NCBI GenBank assembly: GCA_963666215.2
Contig: CAXWPL010000001.1
Coordinates: 448,001 to 512,000 of the forward strand
Length of the DNA stretch: 64,000 nt
Direction of reading: 5' to 3'
DNA from: Acidobacteriota bacterium
Lineage (GTDB): Bacteria > Acidobacteriota > UBA890 > WLXD01
The notes beneath the pieces were generated by a model. The model was not told the DNA's origin. It ran no database searches and saw only the letters and a program-made list of their open reading frames with translations. Numbering within the stretch: position 1 is the stretch's first letter; each line of letters opens with the position of its first letter. Positions 20,515-30,150 of the stretch are shown here, in pieces. Both the position numbers and the translations under genes were made by a program.

Positions 20515-21069
20515 TCACTGCGGCGGTGTGGCGTCAAGCATTACCGCACAGAGAGTGCACGGCTCATCTCCCACCACTCGCCACGCGTGGCTCGTCGCAC
20601 GCTGCACGATGGTGTCTCCGGGTCCGAGCGTCGCTGTTCCCTCCTCCATCAGGAGCTCGACCTGCCCCGAGATGATGAACAGGAAGTCGAGGGTGTCCGA
20701 GCGGTGCATTCCCAGTGCGTGCCCGGGCTGCCAGGTCATGACCCGGACGATCGCTCCACCGGGATCCGGCCATGTCTGGCGGCTGTAACCCACCATGGGA
20801 TCGGTCATGTCGGAGAGGTCGACCGGAACACGGCCGAGAACCCACATATCGGCGCTATCGGACGCTTCCCTCACCGACGCAGCCGCAGGCGGCACGGCCC
20901 CATCGCTCGAGATCATCGACTTGCCGGCCGAGCTCGTGCCGGTCACCACCCTGCGATGCCCAGGTTGCTTCGACGGCCGTGCGGAAGCCCGGCCCGTCAC
21001 CGCCGCCATCACGAACGAGGACAGGGCGGCCAGCACGCCGCGACGACTGCCGTATCCAGAGCGCATCAC
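20515..21069 (-). CDS. Cupin-domain protein with a Tat-like signal
   Basis: SRRGVL twin-arginine motif; RRVVTG, MHRSDTLD, GDTIVQRATSHAW. Confidence 0.85.
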   Translation of the reverse strand: MMRSGYGSRRGVLAALSSFVMAAVTGRASARPSKQPGHRRVVTGTSSAGKSMISSDGAVPPAAASVREASDSADMWVLGRVPVDLSDMTDPMVGYSRQTWPDPGGAIVRVMTWQPGHALGMHRSDTLDFLFIISGQVELLMEEGTATLGPGDTIVQRATSHAWRVVGDEPCTLCAVMLDATPPQ

Positions 21070-21073
21070 AGGA

Positions 21074-21496
21074 CTACGCCCATCCCAGCTGCTTCATAGT
21101 GACCCCGTCGTTCCAAATCTTCGTGATGTGACGGATCTTGGCACCGTCGAACTCCATGACATAGACGTACTCGGTCTCTACGCGGTTTCCCGTGGGCGGC
21201 ACCGGCCCACCCTCCGCAGTGTGGGTTCCGCGAAACACACCGTAGGCGGCGACGTTGTTCCGCTCTTCGTCCACGGCGAGCGAACGCGGCTCGTAGCCGC
21301 CGTCGGGTACCGGTGTGAAAAGGCCCTTCATCCACTCGGTGTAGGCCTGCAGAGTATCGATCCCCGCGAGAGCCTCCGCCTGGGCGGCGAAGGTCGCATC
21401 CGGGTGACAGTCCTGCTGACAGCCCTCCCATCCCTTGCCGGTGTCGCACGCGTCGAAGAATCGCCCAGCTGTGTCTCTGATCGAGGTCATGGCCAT
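21074..21496 (-). CDS. SnoaL-like ester cyclase
   Basis: FFDACDTGKGW..GTHT..GPVPPTG..TKIWND; RBS GGGGAG. Confidence 0.85.
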   Translation of the reverse strand: MAMTSIRDTAGRFFDACDTGKGWEGCQQDCHPDATFAAQAEALAGIDTLQAYTEWMKGLFTPVPDGGYEPRSLAVDEERNNVAAYGVFRGTHTAEGGPVPPTGNRVETEYVYVMEFDGAKIRHITKIWNDGVTMKQLGWA

Positions 21497-21677
21497 GCTC
21501 CCCTGTTGAGAGTCGGTGTACCGCACTGTGCCTGCGGCTCCCGAGAGTACGTGTTCTGTCTGCAAGGCACAAAGCTCAGTCGGGTGGCCCACAGCCGCGC
21601 TAGCTGTGTTTTCTAAATAGGTTGTTCACATCGGGGCTCACTTCCAAGATCCTGGCCTCGTTGGGGGCTACGTCACG

Positions 21678-24431
21678 TCATTCTTGACGAACGCGCCAAT
21701 CACTGAGGACCACCAGTCGGGCGCGTGTAACAGGACCAGCCCGTCGCACTACCAGGAATTGTTGCCGGGCAAAGGAATAGTCGACAATGCGGCTGCCTTC
21801 ATCAGCGAAACGCCGCCCATCGAGCAGCAGCTGTGGAGTGCCGATGATCGGATCGCCGCCCTCGCGCGCCGTGATGGTAACCACGAGTGTCCGACCCTCC
21901 GAGTTTTGCCAATAAACCTCCTGGTCGCTGAGCCAGCCCCAGGCACGCACATCGGCGTCTGGGCGAGTGATCTGCCAGCGTCCGGTTGTGGGGTAATCCG
22001 AGATCGAGAGGGTGGCGCCATCGACCGTCTGAAATCCGGTCAGAGGGTCCATGCCGGCCGGAAAGGTCGCAAATACGACCCAATGACCGTTCGGCGACAG
22101 GCGGGCATGCGAATCGTTGGAAGGGTCGGCGAGAAACGGCGTGGGCTGGGAGCCGCCGGAGACGTCGACAATCATGAGATCACCGCGCTTGTCGACGTTC
22201 GAACGCCGCGAGAACAGGATCTGGCCGTCGGGCGTGAAGCCTGCGGGGTATTGCCCCCCCATGCCGCTCTGCTGGGTCAATGCTACGGGCTCGTCGCCCG
22301 GCCGCAACCCCATCACCGCCAACTGGAACTGCCCCGCGACGAGGGTCTCGAAGGCGAGACGATCGCCGGCGGGAGACCAAGCCGGAGAGGCCGCCCAGGT
22401 GCCTGGCGGGTTGATCGGGTTGCGGATGCCGCGTTCGAGATCGATCTGCTCGACCGATCGCTCATTCTGTGAGTCGCTGATCTCGACCGCAGCCCGACGG
22501 CCGTCGGGGCTTACCCGCGCATGTAACAAACGGAGCGGCTCGGCAGGTATCGGCGTTTCCTCGCCGCGGCGATCGAGCCATGCCAACCGCACGCCGGAGT
22601 TCTCCGGAATTTCTTGGTACACCAGCGTCCCGCCCGCGACGACGCCGAGCTGCAGGAACATGCGGTAGCTGTCGGACTGCACGTTGGTGGCGATGGGGCG
22701 CGGCTCTCCGGTGGGTTCGAGGGCATCGAGGTCGAACGGCTGCAACATCAGGTTCGAGTCCTGTACATAGGCCAGGTAGCCTGGCTCAACGTAGAACGCC
22801 TCCGTTTCGGCATCGAGGACCTTGCGCGCCGCGCCTGTATCAGGACGGAAGGAATAGACCGCGGTGCCCACGTTCACGGGCTCCCAGGACGAGGCATCAG
22901 CTTCGAATGAAGTCGACTCCGGACCGGCGAGGTGTGTATAAACGATGGCGCGTCCGTCAGGCAGGAAGTGCGGGAGCCGATGGCTCTCCGCATCCAACCC
23001 GAGAGTTGTGAACGGTTCAGGGTTGCCACCCTCGTCGGAAACCTGAAACAATGCACCGTCGGCTGTAGGGGCGAAGACGATGAAGCCGTGCCGGCTCCAG
23101 GCGGCTCCCCGCCCCGCGGGAGCGTCGCAAAGCGTCCGCACGATCCCGCCCGCGAGATCCATGCGCTTGAGCTTCACGTCGGCGAAGAAGCCGAGGGCGC
23201 TGCCGTCCGGAGACCAGAACGGATAGCTGGCCCCCTCGGTGCCGGCGAGCGGCCTCGATTCGAGGTTGTCGAGTGAGCGCAGGTAGATCTGTCGAATCCC
23301 AGTACCTGTATCCGTTGCCACGAGTGCGAGCTGCGAGCCATCGGGCGACAAGGCGATCGCCCGATCGACAGCGTCGAGCTCGAGTGTCGGCGGCAGGTCG
23401 AGAGAGGCTCGGATTGTTGGCGTCGGTGTCGACCTCGAAAAGCCGCCGGTCAACGCCACGGCTCCGAGCGTCAAGAGCGCACCGACCGCGAGTGCCGCCG
23501 CTACGGGTTGCCAGAAAGACCTTCCAGTGGCGGCGAGTGGCGCGGAGGCCGCGGCGCCGTCCCCTCCTGCATCGAGTTGCTCACCGGAGAGCAGCTCTTC
23601 GATCACGATTCGCGCGTCGCCGATCGCCTGCAGGCGCTGGCGCGGCTTCTTGCGCAAGCTGCGGCGGATCAAGCGCACGAGTTGCGGTGGCGTTCCCGCG
23701 GGCAGGTCAGCGTAGTCTGGCTCGTCCTTGAGCACCGCCGCCAAGACGTGCGACACCGTCTCGCCGACGAACAAGCGCTTCCCGGTCAGCATCTCCCACA
23801 GCACCACGCCGAACGACCAGATGTCGGCCTGCCGGTCGGCCGCCTGCCCGGCCGCTTGTTCCGGCGACATATAGGAGGCGGTGCCGAGTATGAGGCCCGC
23901 CTGCGTGGCGGCCATCGTCAGCGTTGGGGAGTCCGTCGGGTCGTGCTGCGATTCCGTCGGCTCGAGCGCCTTGGCCAGTCCGAAGTCGAGGACCTTGACC
24001 ACGCCATCGGGAGTAACCCTGACATTGGCCGGCTTCAGGTCGCGGTGCACGATTCCCCTCTCGTGCGCCGCCTCGAGAGCCTCGGCGATCTGCAGGGCGG
24101 TCTGCAAAGCCTGCTCTACAGGGAGAGCTCCACGGGCGATCCGATCGCTCAGGTCCTCGCCCTCGATCAGCTCGAGAACAATCGCCCGGCTGCCGTCGGC
24201 CTCTTCGAGTCCGTAAACCTGACCGATGTTCGGGTGGTTCAGCGAAGCGAGAAGTTGAGCCTCGCGCTGGAAGCGGGCTAGACGCTCTGGGTCGGAGCAG
24301 AACGACTCCGGCAGCAGCTTGATCGCGACGTCGCGCTGCAGGCGCCCGTCGGTGGCGCGGTAGACCTCACCCATTCCCCCCTGCCCGAGCTTGGCGGTAA
24401 TTCGAAAGTGGGCAAACGCGGAACCAATCAT
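21678..24431 (-). CDS. Ser/Thr protein kinase with TM segment and TolB/PD40 beta-propeller
   Basis: LGQGGMGEVY, VAIK, HRDLKPAN, DFGLAK, YMSPEQ, several SPDG repeats. Confidence 0.95.
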   Translation of the reverse strand: MIGSAFAHFRITAKLGQGGMGEVYRATDGRLQRDVAIKLLPESFCSDPERLARFQREAQLLASLNHPNIGQVYGLEEADGSRAIVLELIEGEDLSDRIARGALPVEQALQTALQIAEALEAAHERGIVHRDLKPANVRVTPDGVVKVLDFGLAKALEPTESQHDPTDSPTLTMAATQAGLILGTASYMSPEQAAGQAADRQADIWSFGVVLWEMLTGKRLFVGETVSHVLAAVLKDEPDYADLPAGTPPQLVRLIRRSLRKKPRQRLQAIGDARIVIEELLSGEQLDAGGDGAAASAPLAATGRSFWQPVAAALAVGALLTLGAVALTGGFSRSTPTPTIRASLDLPPTLELDAVDRAIALSPDGSQLALVATDTGTGIRQIYLRSLDNLESRPLAGTEGASYPFWSPDGSALGFFADVKLKRMDLAGGIVRTLCDAPAGRGAAWSRHGFIVFAPTADGALFQVSDEGGNPEPFTTLGLDAESHRLPHFLPDGRAIVYTHLAGPESTSFEADASSWEPVNVGTAVYSFRPDTGAARKVLDAETEAFYVEPGYLAYVQDSNLMLQPFDLDALEPTGEPRPIATNVQSDSYRMFLQLGVVAGGTLVYQEIPENSGVRLAWLDRRGEETPIPAEPLRLLHARVSPDGRRAAVEISDSQNERSVEQIDLERGIRNPINPPGTWAASPAWSPAGDRLAFETLVAGQFQLAVMGLRPGDEPVALTQQSGMGGQYPAGFTPDGQILFSRRSNVDKRGDLMIVDVSGGSQPTPFLADPSNDSHARLSPNGHWVVFATFPAGMDPLTGFQTVDGATLSISDYPTTGRWQITRPDADVRAWGWLSDQEVYWQNSEGRTLVVTITAREGGDPIIGTPQLLLDGRRFADEGSRIVDYSFARQQFLVVRRAGPVTRARLVVLSDWRVRQE

Positions 24432-24769
24432 GGGAAACCTACGGGGTCCAGAGGTCCGATTCGAGTTGTTGGGCGAAGCGCGAGTCTACCGCAGCGAGTG
24501 CAGCGCCCAACGAAGTCATGCGCGCCCTCGGCCGCAGTCACGAAAGCTCGTCGTGTCGATTCCGGGTCGGCTCCCTCAGGAGAATCGAGAGTAGCCCAGC
24601 CGCCTGAGTGTGCGACCCGCCGGGAGCTCGCACCACGCTCGATCCTGGATGCTCAGTCGCGATCGCCACTCACCGGAGAGGCCCGATCGAACGTGGTGTC
24701 CTTCTCCCTTGTCCACGACGCGAGAGATGGAGCATTAGTCAGGTTGACCGTTCTGTGCACCCGAGGTTC

Positions 24770-25045
24770 CTAGGCCGAACGCAGCTCTCTCTCGACACGC
24801 TCCGCGAGGTAAACCTTCAGCAACGATTGGTACGGCACATCGCGCTTGTTAGCCAGCAGCTTCAGTTCCTCGAGAAGCGACTCCGGAAGCCGCACCGAGA
24901 TCGTCTTGGTCGAGGGTTTGAGGCTCCCCAACGTCACGCGCTCGGCCTTGGACCAGTCCACGTAGTCGGCTGAGTCGTGCTGCGCCCAGAATTCGCGCTC
25001 CTGCTCTTCGCTCTCGAACTCAGGAATCGTTTTTCGCCTTGGCAT
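24770..25045 (-). CDS. brnA: BrnA-family antitoxin (RHH)
   Basis: IPEFESEEQEREFW..KTISVRLP..ANKRDVPYQSLLK. Confidence 0.9.
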   Translation of the reverse strand: MPRRKTIPEFESEEQEREFWAQHDSADYVDWSKAERVTLGSLKPSTKTISVRLPESLLEELKLLANKRDVPYQSLLKVYLAERVERELRSA

Positions 25046-25331
25046 TGTCGAACGCTTTCCTTTCGCGACGGCTTATGTCGCGAGCCGAGATCAGCCGAAT
25101 CAAATCGCTGCGGACGGTGAAAACCGCGAATAGCTGTCGCCCCATGTCGGTCGTGCCGAGTGCGTAGTAACGCTGCTCGGCTTTGGAGTGCCTCTCGTCG
25201 TTAACTATCAGCACAGGCGGGTTGAAGAAGATCTGCTCGCACTCTGCACGCGTGACCTTGTGCTTGGCCCAGATCTTGTCCGCGTTCGCTGAATCCCACT
25301 CGAAGCCGGAACAGCGTTGCAGATCGACCAA
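25020..25331 (-). CDS. brnT: BrnT-family ribonuclease toxin
   Basis: FEWDSANADK..KH.V..ECEQIF..E.RY..LG..IRLISAR; TTG start after GGAGG; overlaps brnA. Confidence 0.9.
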   Translation of the reverse strand: MVDLQRCSGFEWDSANADKIWAKHKVTRAECEQIFFNPPVLIVNDERHSKAEQRYYALGTTDMGRQLFAVFTVRSDLIRLISARDISRRERKAFDNAKAKNDS

Positions 25332-25424
25332 TCGCTTCCTCCAAGGGCTTGCGACCACGAGCTAGCAGCGATCGTACTGTGTATGTCAGACATATACAAC
25401 GGTGAGGGGCTGACGAACCCGCGT

Positions 25425-25655
25425 CTGCTGCTGCTGCGCGAGGACCGAGACTTCCACACGATCCAGATGGTGGAGGCCGCCTTCAACCAGTACCGGCTGC
25501 TGGGCCCGACGGAGGCAGGCACCCACGTCCTGGTGGCCGCAACTCGCTACCTGGCAGCGCACGCGCAGACCGTGCGAGCGCAGGGCCAGACCTACCGGAT
25601 TGCCGACCGCCTCCACCGCGGTGAGCTCGCCTTCGAAGCACCGGAGCCGCGGTAG
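25425..25655 (+). pseudogene. C-terminal gene fragment (resembles the tail of Rieske-domain-containing proteins)
   Basis: LLREDRDFHTIQMVEAAF..HVLVAATRYLAAH..TYRIADRLHRGE; no 5' part. Confidence 0.55.
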
Positions 25656-25672
25656 GGTTCGGGATTCTCGTG

Positions 25673-25731
25673 GGCGGCTCCCTTCCTTTATATAAGAGCC
25701 TTGGGAAATCGCGGCGATTCCAGGTGCGAGG
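25673..25731 (-). repeat. Diverged copy of an internal segment of the ADP-ribosylglycohydrolase gene (40312-40368)
   Basis: Direct comparison gives 2 synonymous substitutions and 2 homopolymer insertions. A 21-bp third copy lies at 20398-20418. Confidence 0.85.
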
Positions 25732-25757
25732 TCTCGTCGAAGGCCATGGCCCCGACG

Positions 25758-25831
25758 CTAGCCGTCCACTCCGTACCTGAGCTGGCGCTCGTACTCAGCC
25801 TCGTCGAAATGGCCCTCAGACTTGGCGACGA
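25758..25831 (-). repeat. Diverged copy of the 3' end of the SnoaL gene (33585-33658)
   Basis: About 74 bp with about 5 mismatches, including the stop codon (GHFDEAEYERQLRYGV.G*). Confidence 0.85.
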
Positions 25832-25888
25832 ACCAACAACTGAGTCAGCCGTTTGTTGCCGTGGTGTCGTTCATCAAAACCTTCCGAG

Positions 25889-26758
25889 CTACGCCACGTC
25901 GCCGAGGCGAGCACGAAGCTCGCTCATCGCGTGCTCTGAAGCGTCTTCGTAGCTGGTGGCCGGTAGCATCGGAGTGAAATCGACGATAAGGACGTCTCGG
26001 TACCCCTCGCTTTCACTTTCAGCGACTTCCACGGGATCGACGTGGTGATACACCGCGTCATCCCAGACGGCGACGGTATCGAGGCGCTGTGCGAGTGTTG
26101 CCCGTATTAGAACCTTCTTGTCGTTATCGGCCACCACGCTTTCTCCGCCTTTGATCCTTTTGCGGGAGACCAAGTGGATCCAAGTCACCCACTCGCCGTC
26201 TTTGTGGAGCTTGTTGGGAGAAGCAACCGCAGGCTGGCCCTGCCGCGCACGCATCCGGACGAGATGCAGACCTACGTCGTATGCGACGTTGCTACTTCGG
26301 ACGCTGGCAAACGGCGAATGCTCGAAGTCGTATCGGATCAGCGCTTGAAGGAAGCTGTTCGTTGCCAGATCCTCTGGCAGCGGCTCAAACTTCCGAACCG
26401 TGCCACCATCCTTGGAGTTCAGCAGCACAGATTGGGCATAGTCGCTGATGTCGGTCGGTATCACCAGCAGGGGCCTCGGAGTGAGGACGAAGCGCTGATG
26501 GCGCCGAAACCGGCATCTAGTCTCTGAATAGGGATCCTCGGGAAGGTGCTCGTAGGCTTCGACAAAGGTTTCGAGCGGCTGAGCTAGCGCGGCCGGGAGG
26601 ATGAAGTCCTTGCCCTGTAGATACACGAAACCTCTCTCACGGAGATCGCGGCGTGGATCGACGTCCGCGGTCAATTGCAGGTCAGCCTTGTCGCCCCAGG
26701 CAAGCGCCGAGGAGCCTGTGAACGACGGGTGGGTGTCCTGAAACGCACCGTCCATCAT
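25889..26758 (-). CDS. 2OG-Fe(II) dioxygenase (2OG-Fe_Oxy_2 / amino-acid hydroxylase-like)
   Basis: LPEDPY..RFRR..LN...GGTVRKFEPL, HKDG, HHVDPV, RDVLIVDF (HxD...H...R). Confidence 0.85.
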   Translation of the reverse strand: MMDGAFQDTHPSFTGSSALAWGDKADLQLTADVDPRRDLRERGFVYLQGKDFILPAALAQPLETFVEAYEHLPEDPYSETRCRFRRHQRFVLTPRPLLVIPTDISDYAQSVLLNSKDGGTVRKFEPLPEDLATNSFLQALIRYDFEHSPFASVRSSNVAYDVGLHLVRMRARQGQPAVASPNKLHKDGEWVTWIHLVSRKRIKGGESVVADNDKKVLIRATLAQRLDTVAVWDDAVYHHVDPVEVAESESEGYRDVLIVDFTPMLPATSYEDASEHAMSELRARLGDVA

Positions 26759-26856
26759 CGTTGGGTTCCGCCCGCGGTTGTACTCGATGCCCTGCAGCAG
26801 AGAGCTGGCGCAGTCGCCATGGCCAGCGGCACGAGTCGAATGGTGTTTGTCATCAT
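26755..26856 (-). CDS. Putative 33-aa small ORF coupled to the dioxygenase
   Basis: MMTNTIRLVPLAMATAPALCCRASSTTAGGTQR*; purine-rich RBS-like AAGGGG; stop overlaps the dioxygenase ATG (ATGA). Confidence 0.4.
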   Translation of the reverse strand: MMTNTIRLVPLAMATAPALCCRASSTTAGGTQR

Positions 26857-26901
26857 GGGAACTGCCCCTTTTTCTTGCTGTCACGACGGGCGACAAGGCC
26901 C

Positions 26902-28158
26902 TCAGGCGCCTGTCGCAGCGGTGACCCCGTCGATGAGCTCCTGCTGGTGGGACAGCGGCAACTCCGCCTGCTCTAGGATGCCCTCGAACCGCTCTCGCGA
27001 AATCAACCCCTGCGTCAGGGCGTCGCTGGCAAGGACGAGCAGGCGAGTGCGGAGCGCGTTCCTCTCCGGACCCCACGCCGGGAGATCGAGCGCTGCCCGC
27101 GTCTGCTTCGTGTTCCCTTCATTGACCCGGCTTGCAAGATCGTCGAGGTCGGATCGGGAGATGAGCCCGAGGTCACGCAGAGCGTGGCAAATCAGGAGAG
27201 AGCTTGCTCCGAAGTAGCCGCCCGTGAGCGTGACCTCGACGGTGCCGCACAGTGCCGCACCCCTTCTGTCGCGCCCGCTGACCGAAACGCGCCGTTCGGC
27301 AATCGAGGACGCCTCTCGCTCGAAGTAGATCTGGAGCCTCGTACCCCCCGATCGGGCCAGCGTGTCCTTCCCGAAACTCTGGAGATATCGCTTGAGTCCT
27401 TGCTCCGGTACGAGGAAGCGGCTGGCGAAAGCGCTCGCCCGCAACTCGGGGAGCGTCTCCGCATCCCTGCCCTGGCAGACGCACGATCCGACATCGCGAT
27501 CAAACAGAACGTGCGCGTAAGCATGGAGATACTGGAACCGCCGCTCTTCGACCGGAGGATTCTTGTTCACAACGACCAGAAACCCGGTCTCCTCAGAGCT
27601 GATCATCAGGCTGGAGACGCCGTTCGGCAGCCCGAGCTTGCTCGGGCGGACGCCCACGACTGCGAGCGTCTCGGCCACGTCACGAATGGGGCCGTCGCCG
27701 AGGTTGAGCCGGCGGCGCTCCTCCGCGGCGGTCGCGTAGCCCTGATGGACAGCTTCCCAAGGCGACTCTGGTGCCGACAGGGCCTGAATCGGCGGGCGCG
27801 CGCCATAGGCGTGGACCGCCACCTTTCCCTCGATCTCGGTCAGAACGCGGCACAAAGCAACCAATCGGCCGAGTTTTTCGCGCGTGGCTTCGAGGGAGGG
27901 CAGAGTTCTGACGAGACCGTCCAGGACGTCGTCGCCACCCCGTTGGGACGGGGAAGGCGCAATGAACTGCCTAACGTCGGCACGGTAGGCCTTGGCGACG
28001 CGCTCGACCTCGGAGACCTTGATGGCTCGGTTGCCGAGCTCCATCTGAGCCACGGTTGGCCGGGAGACGCCGAGGTCCGCTGCCACCTCGCCTTGCGTCC
28101 TCCCAGCCGCCTTGCGTCGCTCGCGCAACCGCTGTCCGACCTTCTGCTCCTCGATCAT
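26902..28158 (-). CDS. XRE-family HTH regulator fused to an ImmA/IrrE-like metallopeptidase domain (HAxxH)
   Basis: N-terminal HTH RLRERRKAAGRTQGEVA..VSRPTVAQMELG; ERRRLNLGDGPI; RRFQYLHAYAH; ELRASAFASRFLVP. Confidence 0.85.
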   Translation of the reverse strand: MIEEQKVGQRLRERRKAAGRTQGEVAADLGVSRPTVAQMELGNRAIKVSEVERVAKAYRADVRQFIAPSPSQRGGDDVLDGLVRTLPSLEATREKLGRLVALCRVLTEIEGKVAVHAYGARPPIQALSAPESPWEAVHQGYATAAEERRRLNLGDGPIRDVAETLAVVGVRPSKLGLPNGVSSLMISSEETGFLVVVNKNPPVEERRFQYLHAYAHVLFDRDVGSCVCQGRDAETLPELRASAFASRFLVPEQGLKRYLQSFGKDTLARSGGTRLQIYFEREASSIAERRVSVSGRDRRGAALCGTVEVTLTGGYFGASSLLICHALRDLGLISRSDLDDLASRVNEGNTKQTRAALDLPAWGPERNALRTRLLVLASDALTQGLISRERFEGILEQAELPLSHQQELIDGVTAATGA

Positions 28159-28186
28159 GGGTGTGATTCCTCCAGTCGCCCGGATG

Positions 28187-28216
28187 ACTCTATTTCAATC
28201 ATGACCGTCATGTCAA
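28187..28216 (-). promoter_or_regulatory. Putative sigma70 promoter with a palindromic operator for the XRE operon
   Basis: Minus strand TTGACA-N18-TAGAGT; perfect inverted repeat CATGAC-c-GTCATG at 28200-28212; GGAGG RBS downstream. Confidence 0.55.
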
Positions 28217-28248
28217 TACGCTTCTGATCGATACTCTAACATCAGTCG

Positions 28249-28641
28249 ATGTCAGGCTCCCCGGATCTGGAGGGCGCCACTCCCGAGCGGCTGCTGCGTG
28301 ACTTGGAGCTGCTCGGACTGCTCTTCGAATCGCTGGTGATTCGAGATTTGCGGATCTACGCACAGGCGTCTGCCGGCCGGGTTCTCCACTATCGCGACAA
28401 CACAGGGCTCGAAGTCGATTCCGTCGTCGAGACGGTCGACGGCCACTGGGCCGCCTTTGAGGTGAAACTGGCTTCGCGTCACGTCGACGCGGCGGCGGCG
28501 ACGCTCTTGAAGTTCGCCGACAGGGTCGACACCGACCGAAGCGGCCGGGCCGCAGCACTCGGTGTCATCGTGCCAACCGGCTACGGCTACCTGCGCACCG
28601 ATCGCGTGGCCGTGATCCCCATCGCTGCCCTCGGCCCTTGA
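28249..28641 (+). pseudogene. C-terminal DUF4143 fragment of an AAA_14-type ATPase
   Basis: LGLLFESLVIRDLRIYAQ..HYRD..LEVD..FEVKL; the ATPase domain is missing. Confidence 0.8.
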
Positions 28642-28767
28642 CCACCGGACGGGACCGAAATGCGGCCGTTGGCCAGTCTCAGTCGGACGGTTCTCGCTTT
28701 GACCGTGCCCTTGAGCACATGCTACGACTCCCACACCAGAAACCACTCTCGCTCGCCGAGTCCGACC

Positions 28768-30150
28768 ATGAAGACTTCGCTCTATCGGCCACGGATGCCC
28801 CGCCCTCCAGCCACGGCCGCCTTGCTGCGCGCGATCATGGCCGGCCTCCTGCTCGTTCCGGCGTCTCCTGCCAACGCCCAACAGGCGCAGGTTCCGGCCG
28901 AACCGATGAGCTACCTCGGCGGCCAGTGGCTCGAGCGTGACGACCGTGATCGCCAAGAACGCTCCGATCGGGTACTCGCTCACCTCGAGTTGGCGCCCGG
29001 CATGAGGGTGGCCGACCTCGGCACCGGCACGGGCTTCTACGCCCGCAGGTTCGCCGCGAAGGTAGGCGCCGACGGCGTCGTCTACGGCATCGACATCCAG
29101 CCCGAGATGCTGGCGCTGCTGGAGCAAAAGACGGCGGAGGAGGGCGTGAAGGGCATCGTGCCAGTGCTGTCGACGCCGAACGACCCCAAGATACCTGGTC
29201 CAGTGGACCTGGTGTTTCTCGCCGATGTCTACCACGAGATCGCCGAGCCGTTGCCCGTGCAGCAACACGTGCGCGAGGCCCTCGAATACGGTGGACGGGT
29301 TGTCTTGCTCGAGTACCGGGCCGAGGACGAAACCGGTGACGGCATCAAGCCAGACCACCGTATGTCGGTCCGCCAGGTGGTGCAGGAGTGGGGCCGGGCG
29401 GGATTTCGGCTCGTGGAACTGCACACCGACCTACCGAGCCAGCACATGATCGTGCTGGCACAGGATGATGACCCCGCGTTCGCCGAGGGTGGCGTGCAGC
29501 ACCATGACCTCCTCGAAGCGCGGGCGGCCGGTCGCGTCGGCCTCGAGATCTCGGGCGATTCGGAGACAGAGGTGCGTCTGCGCGTGCGCAACCTGACGCG
29601 GGATCGCCTCGTGCTCACTGCCGCGGCCGGCACCAGGTTCGTGGGCGGCCCCGGCACCACACAGACGGAGATGCTGGCGCGCCGTGATCTACTCGTGGTC
29701 GTGCGCGAGGGCCGCTCGGAGGAGATCGACGTGGCCGTGATACCTCGACGCTGGGATCGCAAGACACCCGGCGGCCGCGACTCTCTCGAGATCCGCGCCG
29801 TCGGAGCCGACGACCCCGAGGCGCGCCTCATGGCAGCCGTGCAGGGTGGAATGTTCAAGCCATCCCCGACTGTCCCGCGTGCTTATGCCCCGCAGACGCC
29901 GGAAGTGGAACGAGCGGCGGTCTGGATGGTGCTCGAGGACGCGGCGTGGGCCAATGTCCGCGATGACCTCGGCGTGCGAGGCCTCCCCGCCGAATATGCC
30001 GCCGCCTTCGGCCTCGCGCTGGCGTCGGAGGGCGGCCTGGACGTGACCTCGAGGCCGGTGTGGCTCTCGCGCGCCGAGATCTTCCCCGGGCTGCAGAGCG
30101 AGGAACTGCGGCGGTGGGCACTGGGCTGGATGATCAGGCGCCGACCGTAG
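28768..30150 (+). CDS. Exported class I SAM-dependent methyltransferase with an extra C-terminal domain
   Basis: Signal peptide; WLER..R.RQE, VADLGTGTG, DIQPEM, DVYHE, EYRAED, LPSQH. Confidence 0.85.
   Translation: MKTSLYRPRMPRPPATAALLRAIMAGLLLVPASPANAQQAQVPAEPMSYLGGQWLERDDRDRQERSDRVLAHLELAPGMRVADLGTGTGFYARRFAAKVGADGVVYGIDIQPEMLALLEQKTAEEGVKGIVPVLSTPNDPKIPGPVDLVFLADVYHEIAEPLPVQQHVREALEYGGRVVLLEYRAEDETGDGIKPDHRMSVRQVVQEWGRAGFRLVELHTDLPSQHMIVLAQDDDPAFAEGGVQHHDLLEARAAGRVGLEISGDSETEVRLRVRNLTRDRLVLTAAAGTRFVGGPGTTQTEMLARRDLLVVVREGRSEEIDVAVIPRRWDRKTPGGRDSLEIRAVGADDPEARLMAAVQGGMFKPSPTVPRAYAPQTPEVERAAVWMVLEDAAWANVRDDLGVRGLPAEYAAAFGLALASEGGLDVTSRPVWLSRAEIFPGLQSEELRRWALGWMIRRRP

Noticed and set aside
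21600-21630. CTAG-CTGTGTTTTCTAAATAGGTTG, resembling an IS end
   Set aside because: No partner inverted repeat or transposase was found in the window.
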